Of a DNA stretch of 64,000 nt, positions 49,505 through 61,400 are shown in pieces. The stretch's first letter is position 1. Each line of letters starts with the position of its first letter. Under the pieces are notes generated by a model. The model was not told the origin of the DNA. It saw only the letters and a program-made list of their open reading frames with translations, and searched no databases. Origin of the DNA: Macrostomum lignano (lineage: Eukaryota); contig NIVC01003106.1 in NCBI GenBank assembly GCA_002269645.1, positions 55,100-119,099 of the forward strand, written 5' to 3'. Position numbers and translations under genes: made by a program.

Positions 49505-51123
49505 TTCTTAGTTAAATTTTAAAAGCTTGTATGCATAAAATTTTGTGTAATAATAATATAAATATACAGCAACATGAGTTCAAGTTTAACTATAGCAATG
49601 TCTGTGCTTTAAAAATTTTGAGAGCTTCAGAAATGTTAAGAGCATGATGAAAAATCATGCTCAGGTGTCCTTAATCCCCTGGTGCCACCTGTTGAAGGTG
49701 CCGACGGTGTCGGGGTGATAGCTGAATGCTTGACTGACTAGCTGAGGATGTCCAGCAGTTGAGTTTTGCCCATTATTGAAACTTGATAGGAAAAACCTGA
49801 CATATTTGCAACAGGATGTCCATAGTCACTTGGTGTCATCTGTTGAAGGAGCTGACAGCGTCGGGATGATGACGGAATGCTTGAGAGACTAGCTGAGAAT
49901 GTCTGGCAGTTGATTCTTACCCACTGTCGAGGCTTGATCGGTGAAACTAGAGAAATTCGCATCAAGGTGTTCATAGTCACCTGGTGCCACCTGTTGAAGG
50001 TCTAGAAGCTCCGTCTCGGTGAAGGCCAGTAACCAACGAAATCAGAGCTGATGCAGACACATTTGGTCGACATGCTGATAAAATTTGGAGATTTGACAAA
50101 GCTGCATTGAGGTGCAGTGCTGATTGGTGCACAGGGGTATACTGAGTACACTAGTGCTTATGGGAAAAATCTGACCTTCTGGCAGAATCGTCAAATATCT
50201 CGATGGTCCAGAGGGTTGGCAACTTGATTCTTGTTTGTAAAGGTGCGCAACAAAAAGTTAGCCCGTGTTCTTGAATTTCGTGTGCCTGCGTTGCTCCTTT
50301 CCGGTGCAGCAAAAAAAATGTTAGGTGATTCAGGTAGTCAGGTAGTTCAGGTAATTGTCAGGTAGTTCAGGTAATTGTCAGGTAGTTCTACTGTTAACTT
50401 ACTAGATTTAACTTTTACTAAATATTGAAAAACAGCTATAGAAAATATGTATATAAAATTAGACAATAATTCTATGATTTTATAAAAATTCATTGCTTTA
50501 ACAAGAATTTAAAGTCATTTGTCAAGTCATTTAAGATGATTAATTTAATGGTATTTAAAATAGTTTTCCATAAAATAGAAAAAATCATTCTTTCAAACAA
50601 TGTAAAAAACTTTATAAGGTTTTAAATTTAAATAAATGCAATCAAAATCAATAACCCATGCCTATTATAATCAATAAACATTAAATATGTGCCATTTTTT
50701 AAATTAAGAAATAATAATGTAACAATCTTCCTAGGATATTAGGTATTTTGGGATTAAGAGTTGGATCTTATCTTAACTAATTGCTATTTTAGCTTTGTTT
50801 TTTAATTAATATCAAAAGTTGTTTATTTTAATGACCTTTTTTCTATGTTAGGAGGTTAGTTTATTTTTTTTAAATACTAATCTGGTGTTGAGTTAGGTCT
50901 AACAACATTAGGAACCTTAGCTATTGGTTATAAAGCCAACACTTGAGCTAGGGGACAACAAGGAATGGTCAGACCAATAATTGTACCCCAACAAAAACTT
51001 AGCTTATTAATAAAGAATTTAGCTTAACATGTCTATTACATAATATTTGTCATCTATAGTTCACTGAAATAAAAATTCACTCAATAAACTCTTCCATTTC
51101 TGTTTTGCATGTTTCAGCCAGCC

Positions 51124-52494
51124 ATGCAGCGACACCAGCAACAAGCTGCTCACCTGCCTACAGCATCCAGCATCATAGCGCTGCACACAGACGAGATGAC
51201 ATCCGCTACAGCTAGCCAAATCAGCCAGTCTCAAACTCTTGACGCTCAGGTTGAACAAGAGCAGGCCTGCTACGACTGTCTTCGGCGTCACGCCGCGGCG
51301 GCTGCCGCCTCGGTTTCTAGCGGCGATCAACAGCAGCAGCAGCAACAGCAATTGCTGCTTCTAAGAGAAGAGCATATCGACTATTTGACCAGGCGATTGC
51401 GCAATCTGCCTGCCAGTTTCAGCGGCTTGGACGCGAGTCAGGCTTGGCTAGCCTACTGGTCTGTGCACGCGCTTTATCTACTCGGCGAAGACCTGGACGA
51501 TGACATTGCCGCGTCGCTTGCCGATTTGTTATCTACGATGCAGTGTCCAACAACTGGCGGTTTCGGTGGCGGACCTCATCAAGTTGCTCACCTAGCTGTG
51601 ACCTATGCCGCTGTGAACTGTCTGTGCATCCTGGGGCGACTGGATTTGGTTGATAAACCAGCCATGTCCAGCTGGTTGTCGAGTCTTCACCAGACTGACG
51701 GATCCTACCGGATGCAAGTCGACGGCGAGACAGATGTACGCGGCGTCTATTGCGCCGTGTCGGTTGCTAGGCTGTTGAATCTGCCAGAGTTTGACAGCTT
51801 GTTCGAGGGCACCGCCGAGTGGGTCGGTCGCTGTCAAACCTACGAAGGCGGCTTTGGCGGTGTGCCCGGCTCTGAAGCTCACGGCGGCTACGCCTACTGT
51901 GCATTTGCCGCTTTGAAACTGTTGAATCGGACTGACGCCTGCGACTGCCGCCGCCTGCTGCGCTGGGCCGCTACGCGTCAGATGCGATTCGAAGGCGGCT
52001 TCCAGGGCCGGACTAACAAGCTGGTGGACTCGTGCTACAGTTTCTGGCTGTCGGCCCTTTTCCCGGCGTTGCAGAGCAGCCTACCGCCCAGGCTGGCCAC
52101 TCTGGCTGAGGGTGCCTGGCTGTTCGATCAGGAACGCCTGCAATGCTACGTGCTGGCCTGCTGTCAGAAACGCACTGGCGGTCTGTTCGATAAGCCACCG
52201 GGCAGTCCGGACCCCTATCACTGCTGCTACTCTCTGTCCGGACTGTCCATCGCCCAGCACTATTTGTCAGGCTCAGACGATCGGCCAGAGCAGTCCAGCG
52301 TGCTGCTAACTGGTGAGCGTTACAACCAGCTAAGAATGACGTGTCCGCTGCACAATATCGGGCTGGAGTTTCTGCCGACTGGCTGCGGCTTGTCGTCGAG
52401 TTCGGCGGCGCCATCGGCTAGCCCGGATGTCAACATCGTGCTGGACGCGGATACCGGGTTCGACACTGACTTGAAAGCGAAAGAGAGCAGTTAG
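51124..52494 (+). CDS. FNTB: Protein farnesyltransferase subunit beta
   Basis: LDASQAWLAYW, GGFGGGPHQVAHLAVTYAAV, DVRGVYC, QTYEGGFGG, EAHGGYAYC, QMRFEGGFQGRTNKLVDSCYSFW (Zn ligands D and C), DPYHCCY (Zn ligand H). Intact single exon; ATG 51124 follows an acceptor ending at 51117. Confidence 0.97.
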   Translation: MQRHQQQAAHLPTASSIIALHTDEMTSATASQISQSQTLDAQVEQEQACYDCLRRHAAAAAASVSSGDQQQQQQQQLLLLREEHIDYLTRRLRNLPASFSGLDASQAWLAYWSVHALYLLGEDLDDDIAASLADLLSTMQCPTTGGFGGGPHQVAHLAVTYAAVNCLCILGRLDLVDKPAMSSWLSSLHQTDGSYRMQVDGETDVRGVYCAVSVARLLNLPEFDSLFEGTAEWVGRCQTYEGGFGGVPGSEAHGGYAYCAFAALKLLNRTDACDCRRLLRWAATRQMRFEGGFQGRTNKLVDSCYSFWLSALFPALQSSLPPRLATLAEGAWLFDQERLQCYVLACCQKRTGGLFDKPPGSPDPYHCCYSLSGLSIAQHYLSGSDDRPEQSSVLLTGERYNQLRMTCPLHNIGLEFLPTGCGLSSSSAAPSASPDVNIVLDADTGFDTDLKAKESS

Positions 52495-52879
52495 GGAGAG
52501 AAATAAGAGAAGAAAGAAAAATAGTAAATAATATTAATTACTGTTTATTATTATTATATTCATGTTTCATGATCAAATTTTTGCCCCCCCCCAAAAATTG
52601 TGAAAAAAAATGATGAGAAAAAATATATCAAACAAGCGATTTTTTAAGCCAAGCCTGAATCGTATTTTGCCAGCGTTTCGGATGGACAAACAATCGCTTT
52701 GGTTTTGTTGTGCCCTCCTTTTTACTGTATACAATTATCGTAATTATTGTACGAATACAGTTCTCCATACAAATTCTTTGATGCAGGTAAGAAGGTAATG
52801 GTTATTAAAGCATTCTCTCTACTCTCCGATCTTCATATGCCGTCATATGCCGACCGCTACCTGTGAAGTGACAACTGCA

Positions 52880-53165
52880 AGCTTCTGCCAGCCTCCAAGA
52901 TCCTCAGTTGCTGGCCACCGCCAGCCTCCCAGATCCTCAGTTGCTGGGCCACCGCCAGCCTCCCAGATCCTCAGTTGCTGGGCCAGCCTCCCAGATCCTC
53001 AGTTGCAGGGCCAGCCTCCCAGATCCTCAGTTGCAGGGCCAGCCTCCCAGATCCTCAGTTGCTGGGCCAGCCTCCCAGATCCTCAGTTGCTGGGGTACCA
53101 GCTTTCCAGATCCTCAGTTGCTGGGCCACCATCCCGGATCCTCAATTGCTGGGCCAGCCTCCCAG
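52880..53165. repeat. ~28-bp minisatellite x~10
   Basis: CCAGCCTCCCAGATCCTCAGTTGCTGGG units. Confidence 0.9.
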
Positions 53166-53654
53166 ATGCTCATTTATGAAGTCTCCCTCCCAAATCTTTA
53201 TCTGCTGGACAACCCTCGCAGATCTCTTCAAGTCTGGTCACTTTAAAATTCTTGGATGTCTATATCCTATATTCTATTGTTTTAAGCCATTTTCTCATTT
53301 GCTGTCAATCGTCAAAAAGTTTATTTTAAATATTCAAAAGGTGAATAACAGCTTATCTAGTATTTCAGAAAACAGAAATGGTTTGTAAAGTGAATCAAAA
53401 GTTATTTAAGCAAACTAATTTTTAACGCGTTGGTAAATCAAATTATTTGACTACGTTTCTGGTATAAACTGTATTTTCTGTTACTTTTATCTGGATGCAT
53501 TGGGGTTAAAGTAACAGGCACTTCGAAAGGAAATTACTGTATTTATTCATTTGGGTCTGTAACATTCATTTCACTTTTTCACCGTCGTTCCGATCTGACA
53601 TGAGATCCTGGTCCAGCGGCAGTTTTGTGGCTTGACTCATTTTTTTCTTCAGAA

Positions 53655-54450
53655 GCTTGGTGACATCCGCAACTGGTCCTTCAGTAGCTTGGTGCCATCT
53701 GCAACTTGTCCTTCAGTAGCTTGATTACATTTGCAACTGGTCCTTCAGTAGCTTGGTGACATCCGCAACTGGTCCTTCAGTAGCTTGGTGACATCTGCAA
53801 CTGGTCCTTCAGTAGCTTGGTGACATCTGCAACTGGTCCTTCAGTAGCTTGATTACATTTGCAACTGGTCCTTCAGTAGCTTGGTGACATCCGCAACTGG
53901 TCCTTCAGTAGCTTGGTGACATCTGCAACTGGTCCTTCAGTAGCTTGGTGACATCTGCAACTGGTCCTTCAGTAGCTTGATTACATTTGCAACTGGTCCT
54001 TCAGTAGCTTGGTGCCATCTGCAACTGGTCCTTCAGTAGCTTGATTAAATTTGCAACTGGTCCTTCAGTAGCTTGATTAAATTTGCAACTGGTCCTTCAG
54101 TAGCTTGGTGACATCTGCAACTGGTCCTTCAGTAGCTTGGTGACATCCGCAGCTGGTCCTTCAGTAGCTTGGTGACATCTGCAACTGGTCCTTCTGTAGC
54201 TTGGTGACATTTGCAACTCGTCCTTCAGCAGTTTGGAGACATTATCGACGCTGACATTCTCAAGTGGTCCTTCAGAAGTTTGGTGACATCCGCAACTGGT
54301 CCTTCAGTAGCTTGGGGGACATTTGCAACTGGTCCTTCAGTAGCTTGGTGACATCCGCAACTGGTCCTTCAGTAGCTTGGGGACGTCTGCAACTGGTGCT
54401 TCAGTAGCTTTGTGACATCCGTGACAGGTCCTTCAGTGGCTTAGTGACAT
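53655..54450. repeat. 32-bp minisatellite x~24
   Basis: GCAACTGGTCCTTCAGTAGCTTGGTGACATCT units. Confidence 0.95.
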
Positions 54451-55408
54451 CATCGAGTGGTCCCTAATGACGCAACATTGTGACCTGAGGAATTGGGACA
54501 CTGCGATCTGCGTTTCATTATTCAAATATCATTACCTAATTCAGTAATTAAAAATAATTACCTAATGATTACGTAATGATTACGGCGCAAAGATTTACCC
54601 ACAAAGATCAACTTTATGGATTTTTTATGTTTAATACATTAAAATATATTTTTAGAAGTGTTTTGAATTTTCTTCATCTTCCCCCCCCCCTCCACCTTGT
54701 TTCTGTCTGCTTCAGGATCGCCGCGAGAGGACTACAAGTCTGGGGTCGCCTCTGACAACACGACTGCTCATAGCGAAGTGACATGGCTGCTAATTAATTC
54801 AATTAATTAAGTTTTTAGATCCTATGGTTATATAAGCTATTATTCCTTGGCTCAATAAGTTTAAAATATAGAAAATGAACATTAGATTTTATTGATTACC
54901 TGCGGTTGAACAGGAATTGTTGAAATCGTTGTTAAATTTTATTTTGTTAATTGTTTTACTTTAGTGCATCCGATGATGAACTGGTCGGTCTGTTCGGTCA
55001 CATTATTTTCAGGTAAGCATAACAGTGTTGGAAATAAATTTGTATTTTTGATTAGGTTATTGTTCGATATTTTACCTGGAATTATATAATTATTAATATA
55101 TAATTATGCTTAAGAGACGTACTTTTGTGTTACGACTATAAAAAGATGAAAATCGACAAACTGACATTCTTTTTTAACAAATCCACCTCCTTCTCGCATT
55201 TCAGAGTCGAAGATTCAAAATCGAAACGTTTGCTAAATTTTGGTTTGGTTTTTGTTTCAGATTTTGTAGAAACTACCTAAGATAGTATAGTATAGATGCT
55301 ACTATTTAACAAACTTCACAAGTAGCCAGATTGGAGAGTTGAAATAGAAATCAATATTTTCTTAATAATCAATTATTTTTTATTTGCAGCTTGGCTTGAA
55401 TCGAATTG

Positions 55409-58400
55409 ATGTCTTCTACAATTCATTACCGATTCAAGTCAAACCCTAGCTATGACGTCATCGCATTCGATGGCGACTCGATGGGCGTGCTGGAGCTGAA
55501 GAATGCTATTCGAGCTAAATGCGGCCTGAGAAGCGTGGAGTACGACTTGAAACTGTCCACTGAGAATGGAAAAGGTTGAGCATTTGCAGGATTCTAAAGT
55601 AGAATTTTGATAGAATTGGATTCATTAAATTAGGAATGCGTTGTTAATCAAGCCAACGTGTATTAATAGTTATAATGGATTTCTAATCTAGCCAAGATTA
55701 TGTAATAACAATTATATTGGATTGCTAATCTAACTAAGATTATTTATTAACAATTAGAATAGACTAGCAATCTAGTGTCCCCTTCGGGGCACCCAATAAG
55801 CAGAGCAAAAATAAATAATGCAAATTCAGTAAAAAGTACATTTACTTAGAAATAATTCCTTCTTCAGTTTTATAAATTACCATATTCGAGTAAAATTGTC
55901 ACAGCCAAAGATGTTTGCTATGAATCTCTTTTGTCTAAAAGTAACAATCAGACAACGCAATAAAGCCTTCACAAAGATAACAGGCATTCCCCTAAATAGA
56001 CAACATCCCCCGGATAGCAAGCACCCCCCAAATAGCAAGCACCCCCCCAAATAGCAAGCACCCCCAAATAGCAAGCACCCCAAATAGCAAGCACCCCCCA
56101 AATAGCAAGCACCCCCAAATAGCAAGCACCCCCAAATAGCAAGCGCCCCCCAAATAGAAAGCACCCCCCCCAAATAGCAAGCACCCCCCAAATAGCAAGC
56201 ACCCCCGCCCCCCAAATAGCAAGCACCCCCCAAATAGCAAGCACCCCCCAAATAGCAAGCACCCCCTCCAAATAGCAAGCACCCCCAAATAGCAAGCACC
56301 CCCAAATAGCAAGCACCCCCAAATAGCAAGCACCCCCCAAATAGCAAGCACCCCCAAATAGCAAGCACCCCCCAAATAGCAAGCACCCCCCAAATAGCAA
56401 CGCCCCCCAAATAGCAAGCACCCCCAAATAGCAAGCACCCCCCAAATAGCAAGCACCCCCCAAATAGCAAGCGCCCCCCAAATAGCAAGCACCCCCAAAT
56501 AGCAAGCACCCCCAAATAGCAAGCACCCCCAAATAGCAAGCACCCCCCAAATAGCAAGCACCCCCAAATAGCAAGCACCCCCAAATAGCAAGCACCCCCA
56601 AAATAGCAAGCACCCCCCCCCAAATAGCAAGCACCCCCCGATAGCAAGCATCCCCCAAATACAATAGCAAGCACCCCCAGATAGCTAATTACATAATGTG
56701 CTATTATAATGTGCTAATTACACAGTCTGTTCCCACACCTGCCCCCTCATCGCGCAGTATTCACGGAGGAGGAAGAATCCGTGGAGAAGGGCACTCACGT
56801 TTTAGTTGTCAGGGCGCCGCCCCAACAACAGCAGCAGCAACAGAAGCAGCGCACGCCCACTCCGCCGCCTTCGTTAACGGTCGCCGGCGAAGCGAACAAA
56901 GATTCGGACCCCAGCCGCGAAGATGACGTCATTGGAAAAAAGACTGACAAAACGAATGCAGAATCTGCGGAGCAGCCATCCTCAGCGGTAAGTTGGTACT
57001 AGCGAAATCGTCTGGGGAGGTTCTACATTCGGTCTGTAAATAGGGATAAGATTTGGATCTCAGTCTGTAGATTAGGGTGAGATTTTGATCTCAGTCTGTA
57101 GGTTAGTATGAGATTTTGATCTCAGTCTGTAGATTAGGGTGAGATTTTGATCTCAGTCTGTAGGTTAGTATGAGATTTTGATCTCAGTCTATAGATTAGG
57201 GTGAGATTTTGATCTCAGTCTGTAGGTTAGTATGAGATTTTGATCTCAGTCTGTAGATTACTGTGAGATTTTGATCTCAGTCTATAGATTAGGGTGAGAT
57301 TTTGATCTCAGTCTGTAGATTAGGGTGAGATTTTGATCTCAGTCTGTAGATTAGGGTGAGATTTTGATCTCAGTCTATAGATTAGGGTGAGATTTTGATC
57401 TCAGTTTGTAAATTACTGTGAGATTTTTGTCGCAGTCTGTAGATTAGGGTGAGATTTTGATCTCAGTCTGTAGATTAGGGTGAGATTTTGATATCAACTT
57501 GTATTATTTCATATTTTGACTTTTAGGAATTAAAATGAAACTGTTTTTAGTGAATCAAACAAGAAGAAACTGTTTATTTTTCTTTTTTTGTAGCCAAAAG
57601 CAGCCATCGATGATGAGAAAACTAAGACAGAGTCGGTGAGTGAACGTTAATTATTATTAATAATAGTCTAACAACATATTTTATGGCAATTAGTTTGCAT
57701 TTTTTGTAGAGCTCGCCAGGGGACTCGGCAGATGTCAAAGACGATGGCGGTGGCGACACCGAGATGCCGGCTAGCAGCTCCGGGGACGTCGCCGAGCAAG
57801 CGGCTCCGTCCAACATCCAAGTGCCCGGCGAGATGCTCTGCCCGATGTGCCATCGAATCATGACTGACCCGCAGCTCATAGTCTGCTGCGGCATGTCCTT
57901 CTGCAAGGCCTGCATATTGAAAGCCTTGGCCAGCAGCGGGGGAGGTCTGTGCCCGTCCTGCAGATCCGAGGGCAACGACCAGGACTCGCTGGTGCCGAAT
58001 AAGAACATTCGGGAGGCCATCGCCGCCTTTCGACTGCGCCATCCTCGTGTGGATTCGCTGCTGTCCGCCACCTCTGGCAAGCCTTCGCCAGCTGCCTCTC
58101 CAGCCCGATCCGTGTCTCCATCTGCTGGCGCCGGTCAAAGTCCTCTGGCAGTGGCAGGCAAAGAGGACGCTGAACCTCTGGAGAGAGCGCCGACCCCAGC
58201 GTCTGAGCAATCTGAGCCGAAGGTCGAAGGGAAACCGGCCGGGGCTGCGGAGGCTAAAACTCGCGATGGTAATGACGCTGGTCCTTAATGCCGTTTAAAT
58301 AGCGGCTTTAATTTTACTAGACGTCTGAACCGTCTTTACGTCATTTCTATCTCCTTTTTGGCGCCATTTCTACAGTTATCGTATTTTGGCGCCATCCATC

Positions 58401-61400
58401 TTCATTTTGGCGCCTTCTATTGATATTTTCATATTGGCGCCATCCATCTTCATTTTGGCGCCTTCTATCTTTATTTTGGCACCATCCATCTTCATTTTGA
58501 CGCCTTCTATCTTTATTTTGGCGCCATCCATCTTCATTTTGGCGCCATCCATCTTCATTTTGGCGCCTTCTATTTTCATATTAGCGCCATCCTTCTTCAT
58601 TTTGGCGCCTTCTATTTTCATATTAGCGCCATCCTTCTTCATTTTGGCGCCTTCTATTTTCATATTGGCGCCATCCATCTTCATTTTGGCGCCTTCTGTT
58701 TTCATTTTGACGCCTTCTATCTGCATTTTGGCGCCATCTATCTTCATTTTGGTGCTATCCATCTTCATTTTGGCGCCTTCTATTTTCATTTTGACGCCTT
58801 CTATCTGCATTTTGGCGCCTTCTATTTTCATTTTGACGCCATCTGTCTTCATTTTGGTGCCATCCATCTTCATTTTGGCGCCTTCTATTTTCATTTTGAC
58901 GCCTTCTATCTGCATTTTGGCGCCTTCTATTTTCATTTTGACGCCATCTGTCTTCATTTTGGCGCCATCTATCTTCATTCTGGCGCCATCTGCTCATTCT
59001 GGCGCCATCTGCCTTCATTTTGGCGCTATAAATCCGCATTTTGGCACCTGCTATCTTTATTTTGAGTCCATCTAGGAGTATCTTAATTTTGGCGCCATCC
59101 GTCTATTTAGGCGTCGTCTTTCTTCGGTTTATATTGCCGCATATTCCAGTGAAAATCTATTTGACAAAATGCTATCGTTTATTTCTTGCAGACACCCCGC
59201 CTCTACCAGCCGCTCCATTGAGACCGACCGAAGATGTCGCTGCGCAGTCGCAGCCTAACCAGCATCACCAGCAGCAGCATCACCAGCAGCAGCATCAACA
59301 GCATCACCAGCACCAGCCCCGCCAGCAAGCCAGGCACATGGCTCCAGCTTCCATTCCAGCCGCGTTCATATCCGGTTCCGGTTTGCCCGCCGCTATGCCC
59401 ACAGTTCACCAGCAGCATCTGCAACATCCTTACATGTTCGAGCAGCGGCAGCAGCATCAGCACCATCATCAGCCCATGATGCATCCTCAGCTTCCTCAGC
59501 AGCTTCATCATCACGCCAATCCTTACGGCATACCGATGCAGCAACAGCAGCAGCAGCAGCAGCAAATGCCGCCGGCTCCCCAGCACATTTTCGCAAGCTA
59601 CGTCAATCCAGCAGCCCCGTCCATGATGCCGCATCCTCAACCGCAGGCGCCGCTGATGCCGAACTTTGCCTCGACTGTGTCTCAGCATCAGCAGCTTCCT
59701 TCGATGCAGCCGCAGCCTCCGCCAATGGCGGTCGTTGCCCCTCACGCGCATCAGCTGCAGCAGCCGGTGCCGCCGACGCAGCCGCCATTGAAGTCGACTA
59801 AAAAACTGTCGAAGTCGAAGTCGCCGACAAATAATTCCCAGCGTCGTAGGCGGCGTCGGCGTACGCGCAGTCGCAGTCGGAGCCGAAGTCCTCCAGCCGC
59901 CGCATCTTCGTCTAGTCGTCGACGCCACGACCGACGCGTCCCGGTTTCGCCGTCGTCCTCGCGGCGACATCGGAATCGAAGAAGCCGTAGCCGCAGTCGG
60001 TCGCCGCGGGAGCAGCGTCGGCAGCAGCAGCAGCGCCGAGGTGGTGGCCGCGATGGGGCCGAGGATTCTGATCGATCCTCCGCCGCTGTCGCCGCTGCCG
60101 CCGCCGCGGCCGCTGCCGCTGCAAAGCGACGCGGTGGCACTGGCGGTAGCGGCGTGGACCCGTCAGCTTTCACTAAGGAGGCCTTTGACATGTTTATGAA
60201 GTAAGTGACCTCACCTGACCTCGGGGTTAAGCAGACCCTTCCTGACACTCATGTCAGACCCTTCCTGACACTCATATCAGACCCTTCCTGACACTCATAT
60301 CAGACCCTTCCTGACACTCATATCAGACTCTTCCTGACACTCATATCCGACCCTTCCTGACACTCATATCAGACCATTCCTGACACTCATATCAGACCTT
60401 TCCTGACACTCATATCAGACCCTTCCTGACACTCATATCAGACCCTTCCTGACACTCATATCAGACCTTTCCTGACACTCAAATCAGACCTTTCCTGACA
60501 CTCATATCAGACCCTTCCTGACACTCATATCCGACCCTTCCTGACACTCATATCAGACCTTTCCTGACACTCATATCAGACCTTTCCTGACACTCATATC
60601 AGACCCTTCCTGACACTAATATCAGACCCTTCCTGACACTCATATCAGACCTTTCCTGACACTCATATCAGACCTTTCCTGACACTCATATCATACCCTT
60701 CCTGACACTCATATCAGACCTTTCCTGACACTCATATCAGACCTTTCCTGACACTCATATCAGACCCTTCCTGACACTCATATCAGACCTTTCCTGACAC
60801 TCATATCAGACCTTTCCTGACACTCATGTCAGACCCTTCCTGACACTGATATCAGACCCTTCCTGACACTCATATCAGACCTTTCCTGACACTCATATCA
60901 GACCCTTCCTGACACTCATATCAGACCCTTCCTGACACTCATATCAGACCTTTCCTGACACTCATATCAGACCTTTCCTGACACTTATATCAGACCTTTC
61001 CTGACACTCATATCAGACCCTTCCTGACACTCATATCATACCCTTCCTGACACTCATATCAGACCTTTCCTGACACTCATATCAGACCTTTCCTGACACT
61101 TATATCAGACCTTTCCTGACACTCATATCAGACCTTTCCTGACACTCATATCAGACCTTTCCTGACACTCATATCAGACCCTTCCTGACACTATATCAGA
61201 CCTTTCCTGACACTCATATCAGACCCTTCCTGACACTCATATCAGACCCTTCCTGACACTCATATCAGACCTTTCCTGACACTAATATCAGACCCTTCCT
61301 GACACTCATATCAGACCTTTCCTGACACTCATATCAGACCTTTCCTGACACTCATATCAGACCTTTCCTGACACTCATACTTCCTACATAATTCGAAGTA

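Noticed and set aside
53655-54450. Antisense peptide repeat TEGPVADVTK
   Set aside because: The unit is 32 bp, so the frame shifts every copy and hits stops.
55877-59075. GGACYL and MKIEGAK repeat ORFs
   Set aside because: Translations of RBBP6 intronic arrays; splice phases of the real exons skip them.
31610-61378. CRISPR-like appearance of regular repeats
   Set aside because: Units are head-to-tail with no unique spacers, there are no cas genes, and the context is eukaryotic introns.
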